Assembly: GCA_951406725.2 (NCBI GenBank) | Contig: OX597824.1 | Location: forward strand, 49,228,001 to 49,292,000 | Source of the DNA: Octopus vulgaris | Taxonomy: Eukaryota | Length of the DNA: 64,000 nucleotides | Direction: 5' to 3' | In this document: positions 13,447-27,011 of the stretch, one piece after another | Layout of the letters: each line of letters starts with the position of its first letter | Position numbering within the stretch: position 1 is the first letter of the stretch | The notes under the pieces: model-generated | Told to the model about the DNA's origin: nothing | Seen by the model: only the letters and a program-made list of their open reading frames with translations | The model's database searches: none | Program-made: the position numbers and the translations under genes

Positions 13447-14012
13447 TTAACCCTTTAGCACTCACATTATTCTGTCAAAAGTAATGCTTATTTATTCACT
13501 TTGTCTTGAATTAATCATGCATTGTCTTGTATCTTTGAGATACAAGGCACAGGAGTGGCTGTGTGGTAAGTAGCTTGCTAACCAACCACATGATTCCGGG
13601 TTCAGTCCCACTGCGTGGCATCTTAGGCAAGTGTCTTCTGCTATAGCCCCGGGCCAACCAATGCCTTGTGAGTGGATTTGGTAGACGGAAACTGAAAGAA
13701 GCCTGTCGTATGTATGTGTGTGTTTACGTCCCCGTCACTTAGCGGTTCGGCAAAAGAGACCGATAGAATACGTACTGGGCTTACAAAGAATAAGTCCCAG
13801 GGTCGATTTGCTTGACTAAAGGCGGTGCTCCAGCATGGCCGCAGTCAAATGACTGAAACAAGTAAAAGAGTAAAGAGTATATTGATGAGGTAACTGTTAA
13901 TATTAAGAATGATATTGTAGGATTGGTGTGAGAGCCCACATCTGGCTAGTTTGAACATAAAGCAGGTAGACTATGTTGGCTAGATCTGGCCTGTTTAAAT
14001 GCTAGAGTTAAC
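13447..14012. mobile_element. piggyBac-like MITE split by a SINE
   Basis: TTAA-CCCTTTAGCA start; ends AATGCTAGAGTTAA; both halves match the reverse complement of 41796-42014. Confidence 0.7.
13546..13878 (+). mobile_element. SINE family A, near-intact copy
   Basis: Pol III box A/B-like TGGCTGTGTGG and GGTTCAGTCCC, internal (TG)n, CpGs retained, AAAGAGT tail. Confidence 0.85.
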
Positions 14013-14089
14013 ATCAAAGTATCATTGTTTGATTCAATGATTTTGAGAAAATAGTTAAAACCTTCCATCAAAATTTTTATATCTGTAAA

Positions 14090-14425
14090 TTGTTTCAGTT
14101 GAATTGACCCCAGTACTTATTTTTAAGCCTGGTATTTATTCTCTCAGTCTTCTTTGCCAAACCACTAAGTCACGGACATAGATAAACTAGCATTAGTTGT
14201 CAAGTGGTGGTGATGGGGAACAAATATAAACACAAAGGCATGCACATTGATATGTGCAGATATATGTTTGGCTTCTTTCGGTTTCTGCCTACCAAATCCA
14301 CTAACAAAATTCTGGTTTGCCCAGAGCTTTAGTAGAAGACACTTGCCCAAGATGCAACACAGTGGGACTGAACCCAGAACCATGTGGTTGAGAGACGTAC
14401 CTTACTACACAACCACACCTGCACC
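14090..14425 (-). mobile_element. SINE family A copy
   Basis: Reverse complement of the family A sequence. Confidence 0.75.
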
Positions 14426-14644
14426 TATAATGTTCTAATTTTATTTTATGTTCCAAATACTTATTTAATAACAACAAAGTTCTGAACTTGATCGTGACTA
14501 AATTCTTCATTATTTTTTAAATTAGAGTATATTTCAACAAATATGGTAACAAAAAAGCCATAAGATGTTCAAGTTAAAAATTGATTATCTTTTAACATCT
14601 TTATAAGCATTCGCATAATTTTTAAGAACAATTAAAGTAATATT

Positions 14645-15080
14645 GTCATCATCATCATTTAACATCCATTTTCCATGTTGGCATGAGTTGGACAGCTTGG
14701 CAGGAGCTGGCAAGGCCAGGGGTCACACCAGGTTCCATAGTCTGTTTTGGCCTGGTTTCTACAGTTGGATGCCCTTTCTAACACTAACCACTTTACAGAG
14801 TATACTGGGTGCTTTTTACATAGCACCAGCGCCAGTGCTTTTTACATGGTACCAGCACTATTTAGGATATGAATTCTTTTGTAGAGAATGGGTTTTCTTG
14901 ACTACAGTAATATATATCCCAGTCCTTTGTCATCTCTGTGAGGTTCAGCATTTTGAGATTGCCTTTCGATACTTCACCTAATATCTTCCTGGGTCTTTCT
15001 TTTTCACAACTTCCATCCACTATAAGTGATCAGCACTTCTTTATGCAATTGTCTTCATCCATCCACACCACATGACCAAA
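14645..15080 (-). mobile_element. RTE-clade LINE 3' fragment
   Basis: Minus-strand decayed peptide HVVWMDEDNCIKKC*SLIVDGSC...RPRK followed by a 3'UTR and (GAT)n tail. Confidence 0.65.
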
Positions 15081-16259
15081 ACAAAAAATTGTAAATATGC
15101 ATAATGTCGAGAGAAACATTGTTTCATCTAGCCTATTAAAAACAGGATTACCTAATGTATCATACTTAATTGAATTTACACTCCTCTATAAACTAATTGC
15201 TAACACTGTTTCCACTGTGTGCACATGCACATTTTGCAACCAATACACAAAAGACATTAATGTGTGCATGAAATGTTAATTACTTAAAATAACAAACTAA
15301 TTAATAATTATTATATAGTGTAGGAAAACATTGGAAAAACAATTTTCACAACAAAATTTTTGCACTCATTGGCTTCTAAAATTAGAGGAAGCATTAAATG
15401 CTGACACAGAAACTATTGCCAGTTTCTTTGATTTCTTGATATTTTTCTATTGTGCTAATAACTAATTCATCATTATTTTATTTTTATCAGTATAAGTTTC
15501 TTGTAATTTCATTTAAGTCTTTCAAACAACTAGTAATATCCAAAGTATTTCATCTCTACCACATTTGAAAATAGTGAAGTCACAAACTTTTTTTTACATA
15601 TCTTGTTTCACCCCTTTTAATCACACCCACCCTTATACAATGCAGGGTACCCATGTATCTTCTCCACAAACCTGTTCCTGTCCCTTTTATCAGACTTTAA
15701 CCTTTCAACATCTTGCATAAAGCCATTTCTCTCTCTATTATACTCTCTCTCACTTGTGAGGGCTCTTTAGCACTGCAAGTTACATAGTAACTTCATTCAT
15801 GCTGGTGCCACAAAAAGGAACCCTGTGCACTCTGCAAGGTAATTGGTGTAAGGAAGGGTATCCAGCTGTAGAAACATACCAAAACTTAGACACTGGAGCA
15901 AGACATTCTTCAACCTGCTGGATCCCTGTCAAACTGTTCACCCATGCCAGCATGGAAAGTGGATGTCAAACAATGGTGATAATGATGTTGTCTCTTGAAT
16001 TCCTAAAAATTGATTTTTGTTTTTATTATCCTGCCCAAGCCATGTACTAACCACTTCAACTAGTTTTTCCTTTTCTTTTTTTTCTTTCCTTCTTGTTTGT
16101 ATCTTTCCTCCAAATATTGGCTTTTAACAGTTTGAGCAGGACATTAATGATATCTATCTCACTAGTTTCAGAAGGACTGTGGCAGCAAAAGATACCATTC
16201 CTTCTTCCAAACCCACCTACTAAAAAATTAAAAGAATTCACCCACTGTGACTAACAAAT

Positions 16260-16498
16260 GTAAAAAAAGGCATTATAAAACTGTATTAACACAGTTTCTC
16301 CTGGTTACACTGCTTGCCCACCATTTGTCAATCAAACTTTTTCAGTAATGAGATGTGCCATGCCATGATACCTATTTTATAGATAGGTGGACTAAATCTT
16401 CAGGAATTAGGTATTTATTGTCATGGGAGCACCATGGCAACACTGAAATATGAGTCAACAATCAGTACCATAAGGCAGCAATGCAACAGCTGAGCCAG
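16260..16498 (-). mobile_element. Old SINE-like insertion with 15 bp target-site duplication
   Basis: CTGTGACTAACAAAT at 16245-16259 and 16499-16513; box A-like TGGCTCAGCTG at the minus-strand 5' end. Confidence 0.55.
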
Positions 16499-18194
16499 CT
16501 GTGACTAACAAATCCAACTTATTTATATTACTGAGACTGGGATTGATTGAAGTTATTTTACTATTTATAAACACAAAACTATTGCACATATTCATTAAAC
16601 AAATTCTCGTAAATTATATTAATTAATCAAAATGCTGTACTTAGTTAATAATTAGCTGTCTTTTTCAGAAAAATGAAAACAGTAAATGATTTCTCCCTGC
16701 TCATGGAAAACTCCAATAATTAATATTGATAAATAGACAATGAAAATAATGAGTTTCACTAACGTGTATTTATCATTGTATCATGCTAAATTTTTCATTA
16801 ATTAAACAATGGTGAAGATTATGTTCCACTGTCACATGTTGTTATGACTGTCACAATTTCTCATTTTTCTTAAATAAATTTGAGGTTTCATGTCTTTCTA
16901 CCCATTTCTCTAAAATATGTGTGTGTAGATACGTGTTTATGTGAACATTTTAGAAATTTTAAAAATTCTTAACAGTGCTCAATGCTAAATGTAAACAAAA
17001 TAATTAATTTGTAACAACTTTGGTTTTAAATAAAGCAGATGAATATTTTTCTTGTAAGACATTAATCGTCTTTCCTTGTTTAAATAATAATGTAGATACA
17101 AGATTTATATAACTTTTTAAATAGTGTAATATTTTTCTAAAATGTGCTGCTGTTTATTGATCAACAAAACTGCATGCATTGTCATGCATATTTCAAACCA
17201 AATGACCTCACCAAAAGATATTTCATTACGTACAAATGATTTCAATGTCATTGACTAAGCATCTTTATTTTTAACTTACTGTATGTGTGTGAAAGAGATA
17301 TTGTGCAAGAAGCCAGTGATCATAGAGGTACTACCCAAAACTTTTAGTTGTGTGTTTTGAGAGCAAGTTATCCTTGTGGAAGAAGTTATAACTCTATAGG
17401 AGGTTTTATGCAAAGAGTAGAAGTATTTCAGGTTTGATGGAATCTCACCAGGATTTCAAAGTATAAGCACCCAGTTGTTTGACCAACTAAAAAAGCTCAT
17501 CACTCTACTGAATCCCACTGATGGCATAATGAGCAAGTGTCTAAAGCTTCATGATTGAATTTTGTAGATTGAAATTGAAAGAAGCCATTTGCACTGAAGA
17601 TCACACACTATTACTTGACCATAGTGTTATCTAATATCCAGTGTGAAACCAATTGGTAAGAATGGCTGAAATGGATCTTTAATACTGTATACTTTGATTA
17701 ATAAATACATAGATATATATATATGTGTGCCTGTGTTTGTTTATATCATCATCGTCATCATTTTAATGTCCACTTTTCCATGCTTGTATGGGTTGGGGGT
17801 TTTACAAGGCAGATTTTCTACAGCTGGTTACTGTTTCTGTCTCCAATCCTCATCTATTTCGCAAGACATGTTCTCACAAAATATTGGAAATGAATGTCAC
17901 TGCTCTAATGATTGACAATTTTATAACTTTCACGCGATGTCAAGACAAGAAGACATACAGATTCACACTCGCTCAGACACACACATATGCGTATATGATG
18001 AACTTCTTTCAGTTTCTATTTACCAATTCCACTTACAAGGCTTTGGTCAGCCTGGGACTATAGTTGAAGACACTTTCACAGTGGGACTGAACCTGGTGCC
18101 ATGAGGTTGGGAAGCAAACTTATTACTACACAGTATATATATATGTATGTGTATGTATATATATATGTATGTGTATATATGTATATATATATAT

Positions 18195-18226
<32 letters not shown>

Positions 18227-20874
18227 TATTCATATTCATTTATAACCATTCTGCTCACACTAGCTGCTACTATACAACTGCTATGACTATTATAATGACA
18301 AAAATAGTGTCAAGTTGTGCTTAGTATTTTGACTATTACAAGTAAAATCAATATTGTTTTGGCTGAATTTTAATTTCTCAAATTCTCATAGATTTAAAAT
18401 AATAATATAACCCTGTTAGAGATGAAAAGCAAAGTGGAGTTCAGCCAGATTTGAACTGAATATAGAATCAGAAGAAATACTGCAATACTTAAACACAATA
18501 TATATATGTATATATACATATATAGTGTAAATACACACACACATGCGTATGTGTGTATACAAATGTAAACACACACATACATATGTAGATGTATATATGC
18601 ATTAAAATATTTATTAATTCCATCCAAGGACTATTATTGTTATTACTATATTCATCCTATATTATATCAGCATAGCTCAGTGCAACCACAAAAAACTGGT
18701 ATCACTGGTTGACATCATTAGGCTATAGCTGGCAGAATAGATTAGGAACTTTTATATGCATATTCAAAACACTTCTCCAAAGCATATATATACATACACA
18801 CACACACACATCCAGACATAGGTGTAGGTATGTCAGCTATTCCATAATAAGGTGGCATTTAAATATTAATATAATGTCAAGTCTTTCTTCCTATATCTAG
18901 TCACTATCTGATAACACAGATATTTCAGAGACAGTTATGATATCAAACAATTCTAGTCTAGGACAAAGACTTGTCTATTAAAATATATATCTAGCATTCC
19001 TTTAGTCTAAAATGAGATTTTAAAGCACCAGACACTAGTCTCTACCCTTGACTAAACAAAGCTATATTAGATGTAGGTTAAAAGCTGTTATGACTAAGGG
19101 GTTGTGTTTTCCTGTGTATCAGCTCCTCCAGTCTTTGAGAGTAGACCTCAAGGAAAGGGAACTACTTTTGTCAAGTAGATATATATTTTTTATAGCACGA
19201 CTGAATAAAAGCAGCCATTGTAATTTAAATATCACTAGAGATACCTGAGAACATTTCTGGCATTCTTTTCGTTGTTGTTGATGTTGAGTTGTAGTTGCTG
19301 TGCTGGTTGTCGTAGCTGTAGTTGTGGTGGTGGCAAGCTAAGTTGGTGACAATTGCAGTTGTTATCATTCGACTTCTGATGGCCCTAGAGAAAACATGAC
19401 TGTCACTTAATCTCATACACTTTTTCAATACTTAAATTTAAAGTCTTCTAATTCAAATCATTGTTGTTATTTTCCCCTCACATTAACACTTTCAAATTGT
19501 TATTGTTGTTTAAAGTAGACCTATGATCAAATGTATTCTAGACAGAACTATCCTGTCTTTCTGAGGATATGCATGCTGCAGTTTCTGATTTGTTCTGTTC
19601 TTAAATAAAATGATAGAGTGAGATTTGAGGGAAATTTGGTTTCCATTTTTAACAGGTTGACCATCTACACATATTCCATCGCCTATATCCCTCTTCTACA
19701 AAAATCTGTTTTAATGCTTGTTTGTTTTTTTTTATTAACCCTGGATAGTTGTCCTGTTGGGATCATTTCTTTGATTAACCCAAGATCTCCTTTGCCTTTT
19801 ATCCTTTCAGGATCAATGAAATATGTACCAGTTGAGCACTGGGATTGATGTAATTGACTATCCGCCTTCCCACCAAAATTTGAGGCTTTATGCTGAGAGA
19901 TGAAATATTAATAATCCTTTCTACTATAGGTACAAGGGCTGAAAGTTAGTTTCATCAACCCCAGTACTCAACTGGTACTTATTTTATTGACCTCAAAAAC
20001 ATGGAAAGCAAAGTCAACCTTGGCAGAATTTAACAATCAATAATATTGATATGCTAACTTTCTGTTTTTATACATACATACATACCTGTGGTGTGTGTCA
20101 CACTTACTTCAAAGGAAGAGGTGAAAAGGTTGAAGGGAGAGGTACAAAGAAAAAGAGAAATAAAAGGTGTTAAGCAGAGGAGGTATAGTTGAAGTGAGTG
20201 GCAAAGCAGGAGAAAGGAAGTGAGAGAGACAGCGAGTGGTACTGAAAGGAAGATGGTGTTCCTTTTTGATTTTTTAAATGTCTATCAGTATTTTCAAACG
20301 GAAAGTAGATACATAGATCAAAAGAAAAATAGATACATAGACACATTGTTAAATCAAAGACAAATTAACTACAGCAAATATTAGATATCGCTTTCACTTT
20401 TCATTACCACATGAGGATAGAATTAATGTGCAAGTGGCTGAGTACTCCCCAGACATGCATACCATTAACGTAGTTCTCAGGGTGATTCAGCCTCACATTG
20501 AATCTGACAAGGCCGACCCCTTTCAATTACAGCTACAACTCATTTTGGCCAGCTGAGTAGACTGGAGCAAGATAAACCTTCAAGTGGTTGGAAGAAAACC
20601 AAAAAAGATCCTTTATAGGGGTAGGAAAATCTTTTTAGTTGTTAGGGTCACTATGGGTGTTAAATCAAGTCCTAACAGCAACATTTGTGGGTCTCACAGA
20701 TCTGGAGGCCAACACTGATGCGCAGGTTGTTTATCAAACTGAGCATGAGTCCAGTGCAAAGTCACTACACAACAGAATAGCAATTATTTTGTCTTAGCTT
20801 TCACTGCTTAAACTGAACACATTTTTGCCTTACGATATGGAACATTTCCTTTCCTTTCACTCTTTTTAAAAAAT

Positions 20875-21226
20875 GGCACTCTGTCAGTTACAATGATGAG
20901 GTTCCTGTTTATCTGTTATGATGACAAGGTTCCTGTTTATCAAATCAATGGAATAGTCTGCTTGTAAAATTAACACGCAAGCGGCTGAGCACTCCAGAGA
21001 CATGCATACCATTAATGTAGTTCTCAGGGAGATTCAGCCTCACACAGAATGTGATAAGGCTAGTCCCTTTCAATAAGAGCTACAATTCATTTTTGCCAGC
21101 TGAATGAACTGCAGTGAGGTGAAGTAGAGTGCCTTGCTCAAGAATACCGTGTGCCACCAGGAATCGTACTCATGACCTTACGATCGTGGGCCAAATACCC
21201 CTAACCACTGAGCCACGCACCTTCAC
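20875..21226 (-). mobile_element. tRNA-derived SINE, family C
   Basis: Minus head GCGTGGCTCAGTGGTTAGGGGT...GAGTACGATTCC...TTCTTGAGCAAGGCACT; partial copy at 20420-20570. Confidence 0.75.
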
Positions 21227-23529
21227 TCTCTTAACCATGGAGAAAAGGAGTGGAATGATAGAGACAGGGAAAGGAAAGCCTCTGTCATTTAAAATGACGA
21301 TTAGACTGAAATACGTTCAATCTTTTCTAGCTTCTTTACTTTTGACAATGAAGAGTGAAAGAGATTTAGTAATGAATAGAGAGTAAGTTTATCAGGTGTT
21401 TAGGTTTCCATTCTGGGAGTTCTAGAGGGATCAAGTGTTAGTTCTCTCTCCTTTCCCCCACCCCCTGTACTTATTAGCCTTGTTTGATAGTTCTTCATGT
21501 CTTTTAGTTGCAGGGGGGGGGGGAGATCATGTTTTTTTTAGGTATGTTTAACATTTTCTTTAGAAACTACAAACAAATCCCACTCCCTTCTGTTTTTTTT
21601 TGTTTTGTTTTTTTCATACAAAAGCTAATGCAAATTTCTAACAGGGTATAGCTGTGAAAGGAGACCAGAAAAATAGGTAGGGAAGAAAAGTTAACTCTAT
21701 ACTTTGTAGAGTGTCTTCTACTATAGCCTCGAGCTGACCAAAGCCTTGTGAGTGGATTTCATAAATTAAAACTGAGAGAAGCCCATCATATATTTGTATA
21801 TATATATGTGTGTGTTTGTGTCTCTGTTTGTCCCTCCATCACTTGACAACTGATGTTGGTGTATTTGCAATGGAAACTTCATCTACTTCTATAGCAAAAA
21901 GGATATGATTGCCACATATATCAAGAGAAGTCTTGCACTACAAACTGTGCCAATGTATACAGTCACAGAATACAAAATCATTGATGGTTCCAGCCTCAAA
22001 ATCTCTCATAGCAACATTAGAATTTTTGGTTTTTGTTGTTTTTTTCTCCAAGTATCTTCCTACAGAATTTTAAAATAAACATTGATTGCACTAATCTAAC
22101 AAGTTTTATGAGATCAACAAATGTCATAGTTCCTACACTTCTCAGAAACTGTATCTCTTACAGTTTCTTTCAATTTCCGTCTACCAAATTCACTCATAAG
22201 GCTTTGGTCAACCTGAGGCCATAGTAGAAGACATTTGCCCAGAACTATGTGGTTGGGAAGCAAGCTTCTTACCACATAGCCATGCCTGTACTTGTCTAAA
22301 TGATAAATGAATTATTCACGATGACAACTCTGTGAAGTTTTGTAGGAGCTTGTTGAATATTTCCTCTGACATTCTCATCTTACACAAAATTTCACGGAGA
22401 ACGCATCTTGAATCATTTACTTGTTATTTAGACAGCCCTAATGAAAATGTAAAATTTTTCTATAGACAAACTTAGGGACTGCTTCTTACATAAAGCTAGT
22501 TGTACTTGCATATGAATAATTGTGCTATACCTATTAATAAGTATCTTCATCATCAACATTGATTTAGTGTCCACTTTTCCATGTTTGCATCCACTAAATG
22601 GAATTTATCAAGACATGTTTTGTACAACCCTTGCTGTCACCAAGAAAGGTTATGTTTCCCAATGGCCAGATATGTTTCCATGGAAGATTGAAAAGGAATA
22701 ACACCACTTGTATGACAGTGTTACTCATTTACAACTGTTGCACACTGTCAAGACATGAACACACACACACACACATGCATATATAGTAGGCTTCTTTTAG
22801 TTTCCATCTATCAAATCCATTCACAAGACTTTGGTCAGCCTGGACCTATAGTAGGTAATACATGCTCAAGATCCCACTTAAAAGGACTCAACCTGAAATC
22901 ATATGGTTGAAAACCAACTTCACCACAGACCCATGCTTGCATCTTTAAAGTGAGAATGTGTAAGTATCTCTTTGTCTTGATAGTATGCAACAGTTGTAAA
23001 ATAAAAATCACCTTCATACGAAACCATGTGGTTCATTTCCAATATTTTGTGAAAAACATGTCTGACAATGTGGAAATATTGTCTTACTTGGAAACTTCAT
23101 GACAGAAAGGACATTCAATCATAAAAAGTATCTGTCTGACTCATACAAACAAAGAAAAGTTGATGTTAAAAATGATGATGATGATGATGATACACCCCCC
23201 CTCATATATACATATATATATATATATATGCATGCTCAAATGCTTGTGCATACGTATACAAATGCTTCACTTTAAATTATTACTATTAATATTAAGTAAT
23301 TTATTGTCTGTATGTGTCTGTGGATGTTTACACACTTTGACATCTGATCTAACAAAGAACTATTTGGACAGTTGGCCAGGTAGGGGCAAGAAGGACCATC
23401 TGTTGCTATTGCAGTATGACTTGCCAACAGCATAATGATATCTAACAGCTATGTGTTCGCGTGGCAAGGAATCAATAACAAATGACACCATGTAAAATCT
23501 ATTCTAAAACCTCTCCATTTTCTAACTTT

Positions 23530-23556
23530 CCACGTGGTTAATTCCAGTTCACGTCA
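23530..23556. promoter_or_regulatory. Paired ACGT-core bZIP sites (UPRE/CREB3-like) upstream of the p24 gene
   Basis: CCACGTGG at 23530-23537 and TGACGTGA on the minus strand at 23549-23556, ~600 bp upstream of the ATG in CpG-poor DNA. Confidence 0.3.
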
Positions 23557-24128
23557 TTTGTTCATTTTTTCACTCCACCTTCAAAACAAACATGGAATGC
23601 TAACAGTTTCTTGGCTAACATTTTGTGGATAACTTTACCTTTGGAGAAGATTGTTCTTATTCATAGCCAGAATATATCATGGACTGATATAGGAAACATA
23701 AACTACAATTATAAAGGAAAAACAGAAGAGATACGAATAGAGAGAAATTAACAAAGAAGTAGAAAATAGAAGAGAATAAGCCTGAAAATACAAGCTTTGA
23801 ATACTATAAAAAAAATTGAAAAGGAAAAAAAATGATACTGGTTCTTCCTGGAAGTAATTTTCTATCATTCCAAAATTTATAAAAAGTGGTATGTCCATAG
23901 CCATTTTCACCCTTTGCATTCAATGTTAACTGTATTTTTGATGGAAGAAAAACTTTAAAAGATATTTCCCTGTATGTATGTACTTGTGTGTGTGTGTATA
24001 CATAAATAAGCATTTCTTTTTATGAATTTCATTTTTTTATATGACTTAACTACTGTGATTGTTTGAGAAAGAATTCAAAAGTAGAAAAAGGATAAAATAT
24101 AATACAAATAATCTTTAAAATTTTCACG

Positions 24129-24830
24129 ATGATCAAATATTCTCAAAGCAATTATTTAAATATAAATATGTTTCATTTAATTGTGGCCACTTTTGTGTTG
24201 ATGTCATCAGCAGTTATTTATGCAGAACAAATCTCACTGACAATTGAATTAAATGATAATGATCATTGGTGCTTTATGCATGAGTTTGAAAAATCTGAAC
24301 CATATATATTTACTTACAAAGTAATCAAAGGTGGTAATAAGGACATTGATGTTTCATTAATCTCACCAAATGGTCGAATCATCTATAAAGAAATGCGTCG
24401 ACAGGAAGATCGCTTGAAAATCAACAGCTCCTCTGGAGTTTATAAATTTTGTTTTAGTAATGAATTTTCTAGCTTAACACATAAAATTGTTTTCTTTAGT
24501 ATTCAAGCTGAAGAAATTGATAATTTGGCTGTTGAAATGGGCCAGAAAAAACCGTCAGCACCAACCTCAGCTGAATCTTCTTGCAACATTGTTCATGAAA
24601 GCATGACCAAAGTAGTTAACCATCAAAAGAGTTACAGACTACGTGAAGCAGTCGGGCGTCACACAGCCGAAATCTTGAACACTCATGTTTTATTGTGGTC
24701 ACTTGGTCTGACCTCCATTATATGTATAGCTAGCATTGGTCAAGTTTTGATTTTGAAAACTTTTTTTACAGAAAAGTTAACTTCCTTAAAACCAGGGGAC
24801 AATCCTCAGTTTGGCTTTCCTCGACATTGA
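24129..24830 (+). CDS. p24/TMED family cargo receptor, gamma subfamily (TMED3/TMED7-like), single coding exon
   Basis: Signal peptide MFHLIVATFVLMSSAVIYA (likely start 24168); GOLD domain with two Cys (HWCFMHE; VYKFCFSNEFSSLTHKIVFF); coiled coil HQKSYRLREAVGRHTAEILN; transmembrane helix VLLWSLG...GQVLIL; cytosolic KTFF di-aromatic motif. Confidence 0.93.
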   Translation: MIKYSQSNYLNINMFHLIVATFVLMSSAVIYAEQISLTIELNDNDHWCFMHEFEKSEPYIFTYKVIKGGNKDIDVSLISPNGRIIYKEMRRQEDRLKINSSSGVYKFCFSNEFSSLTHKIVFFSIQAEEIDNLAVEMGQKKPSAPTSAESSCNIVHESMTKVVNHQKSYRLREAVGRHTAEILNTHVLLWSLGLTSIICIASIGQVLILKTFFTEKLTSLKPGDNPQFGFPRH

Positions 24831-26633
24831 AAAGCTTAGCTTTGTTCTTTCCTTCTTTCTTTCTTCTTGTTTTTCTTTACAATTATTTTAATATTTAGAT
24901 GAAGGAGGAAATAATGAAGATACTCAGTAAGAAAACACACTTGACTGGTAAGATGTTGACATGTAGTGAACATGGGATACACAGACTGGAAGTTCATACA
25001 CAATTTATCAAGTAATGCATTGAATTCGTCAACAGACCCTTTAGCCCTTACTTCTTACTTACCTTGTTGGAAATCCTGTATCAGTGTAAATGGAAAGTTG
25101 TCTGGATGAAATGTCACTCAAGACAGATATTGATGAGTTTTAAGTTTTGTCTCTGCTTTATATCAATACAGAATAGAAAAAAAACAAAAAACAAAAGCAA
25201 TGTTGAGTAAACAACCACTGTTTGGTTGGTATATATGATGTTAATCTAAATATTATGTCTGTTTCAAGCTGAAACAACACCTCAACATGAATAGCCATGT
25301 AACAAAGTTTTGAGTAAACAAAAAAAAACATTAAACAGAACAAAACCAGAATTTTAATTCTTTTTTTGTAATTTTTTAACATATATTACAATAATTTCTT
25401 CTTAACAGTTCCTAATTTGAGTAATGGCTTATGACCTGAGTGTTTCAACTTGGTAGAAATTGTAGAATGCTTTGCCATGCTTAATCTCCCTCAGTCATTC
25501 CCAGCTCATTTGTCTTTCCTTCTCTCATTACCCATATTGAGTCTACCCACCACCCATTTCCCAACCTAGCACTCATCTCTATGTTGAGTGCTTTCTCTCA
25601 GAAAATCACCTCTCAGGAATTTCCCCATTCCTCATGGAATTCCTGCAGCTATCAACTTGTTATTCACAAGGAACTGTGTCAATTTCACCATCTTCAGGGG
25701 TGGAAGGTCTGCAATGAACATAGGCATAACCCTTTTCTATAGACAAAACCTTTAAAAAACACTTTACACTTTACTTGAAAAAAATCTCTTAAAAACTCAT
25801 TAATTACATTATTTTGTCTCTTACTGATGACATTTATATATTCAATTAACTACTGACATTTATAATGCATCATAATGAAGGGGGTTATAGAATAAATACA
25901 AATAATATATTGTGCAAATTCCATTCTGTTCCTCTTCTAGAAACACCAATCTTGTACCCATATATAAGAAAAAAAAAGAAACAGTAATTCTAAATGTATG
26001 AAATCTGAGACTTTAGAGAGAAAGAAAATGAAGAGAAGCTGAAGGTTTTTGCCTTTTCAAAGATGTTATCAATATTTGTAAAATGAAATGGTTCCACTGG
26101 GAATCCCAGTTAGTATTGTAACTTTTTGCTTGTGAGGAACTGACATTATTGCTTTCCTTTTGAAAAACTGAAGTTGTAAATGATCAAATACAAAATCATT
26201 GTAAGTTTTTAATTTGTTAGTGACAGTTCCCACCAAAGTTAGCCCACTAGCTGATTTAGGCTCCTAGTTGAAATGGTTTCACTTCATGTGTAATACTTAT
26301 GTTTATGCCAATGTAAAACAAATTAAATAAAATTAAGAAAATTATTCTTTGTTTGCATCAGGCAAGCAGAAATTTACTATCATTTTGTTTTCATTAGATT
26401 CTTTTCAGTTTACATTTGTAGGACTTAATTTTTTATAATCATTAAAAAAATTTTCATTGATTAAATTAACATATACAATTAAGGGTCTTTTCTTTTAATG
26501 ACATGGGAAACAAAAGCTATAATAAAATGAGACCCTTAATCACATTTTTCTCTGTGTATTTGTCCCTTCGTGTACTATCTTTAAATTTAATTAAGGATAA
26601 CTGTCTTGTTTTATATCAACAAAAAACTATGCT

Positions 26634-27011
26634 AAACCCTTTAGCATTTGAACCAGCTACATCCAGCTCAATTATTTTACTTGTTTTATGTTTTGGCATT
26701 AGGAAGGGCATCCAGCCGTAGAAACACTGCCAGATTTGACTGAGCCTGATGAAGCCTTCTGGCTCCACAGACCCCAGTAGAACCGTCCAACCTATGCTAG
26801 CATGGAAAATGGACGCTAAACGATGATGATGATGATGATGATGATGTTAAAACTGGCTAAATCCAGCCTTTCGCATTTACCCTACAATATCATTTTAAAA
26901 ATAAACAATTACATCATTGAAATCTCAAAGTGTACAAGATATTGCATGAATAATTCAAAACTATGTGAATGCAATATATTTGACAGAGTAATCTGAATGT
27001 TGAAGGGTTAA
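26634..27011. mobile_element. piggyBac-like MITE containing an RTE-tail insertion (~26693-26846)
   Basis: CCCTTTAGCATT ... GAAGGGTTAA ends; the insert ends in (GAT)n. Confidence 0.7.
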
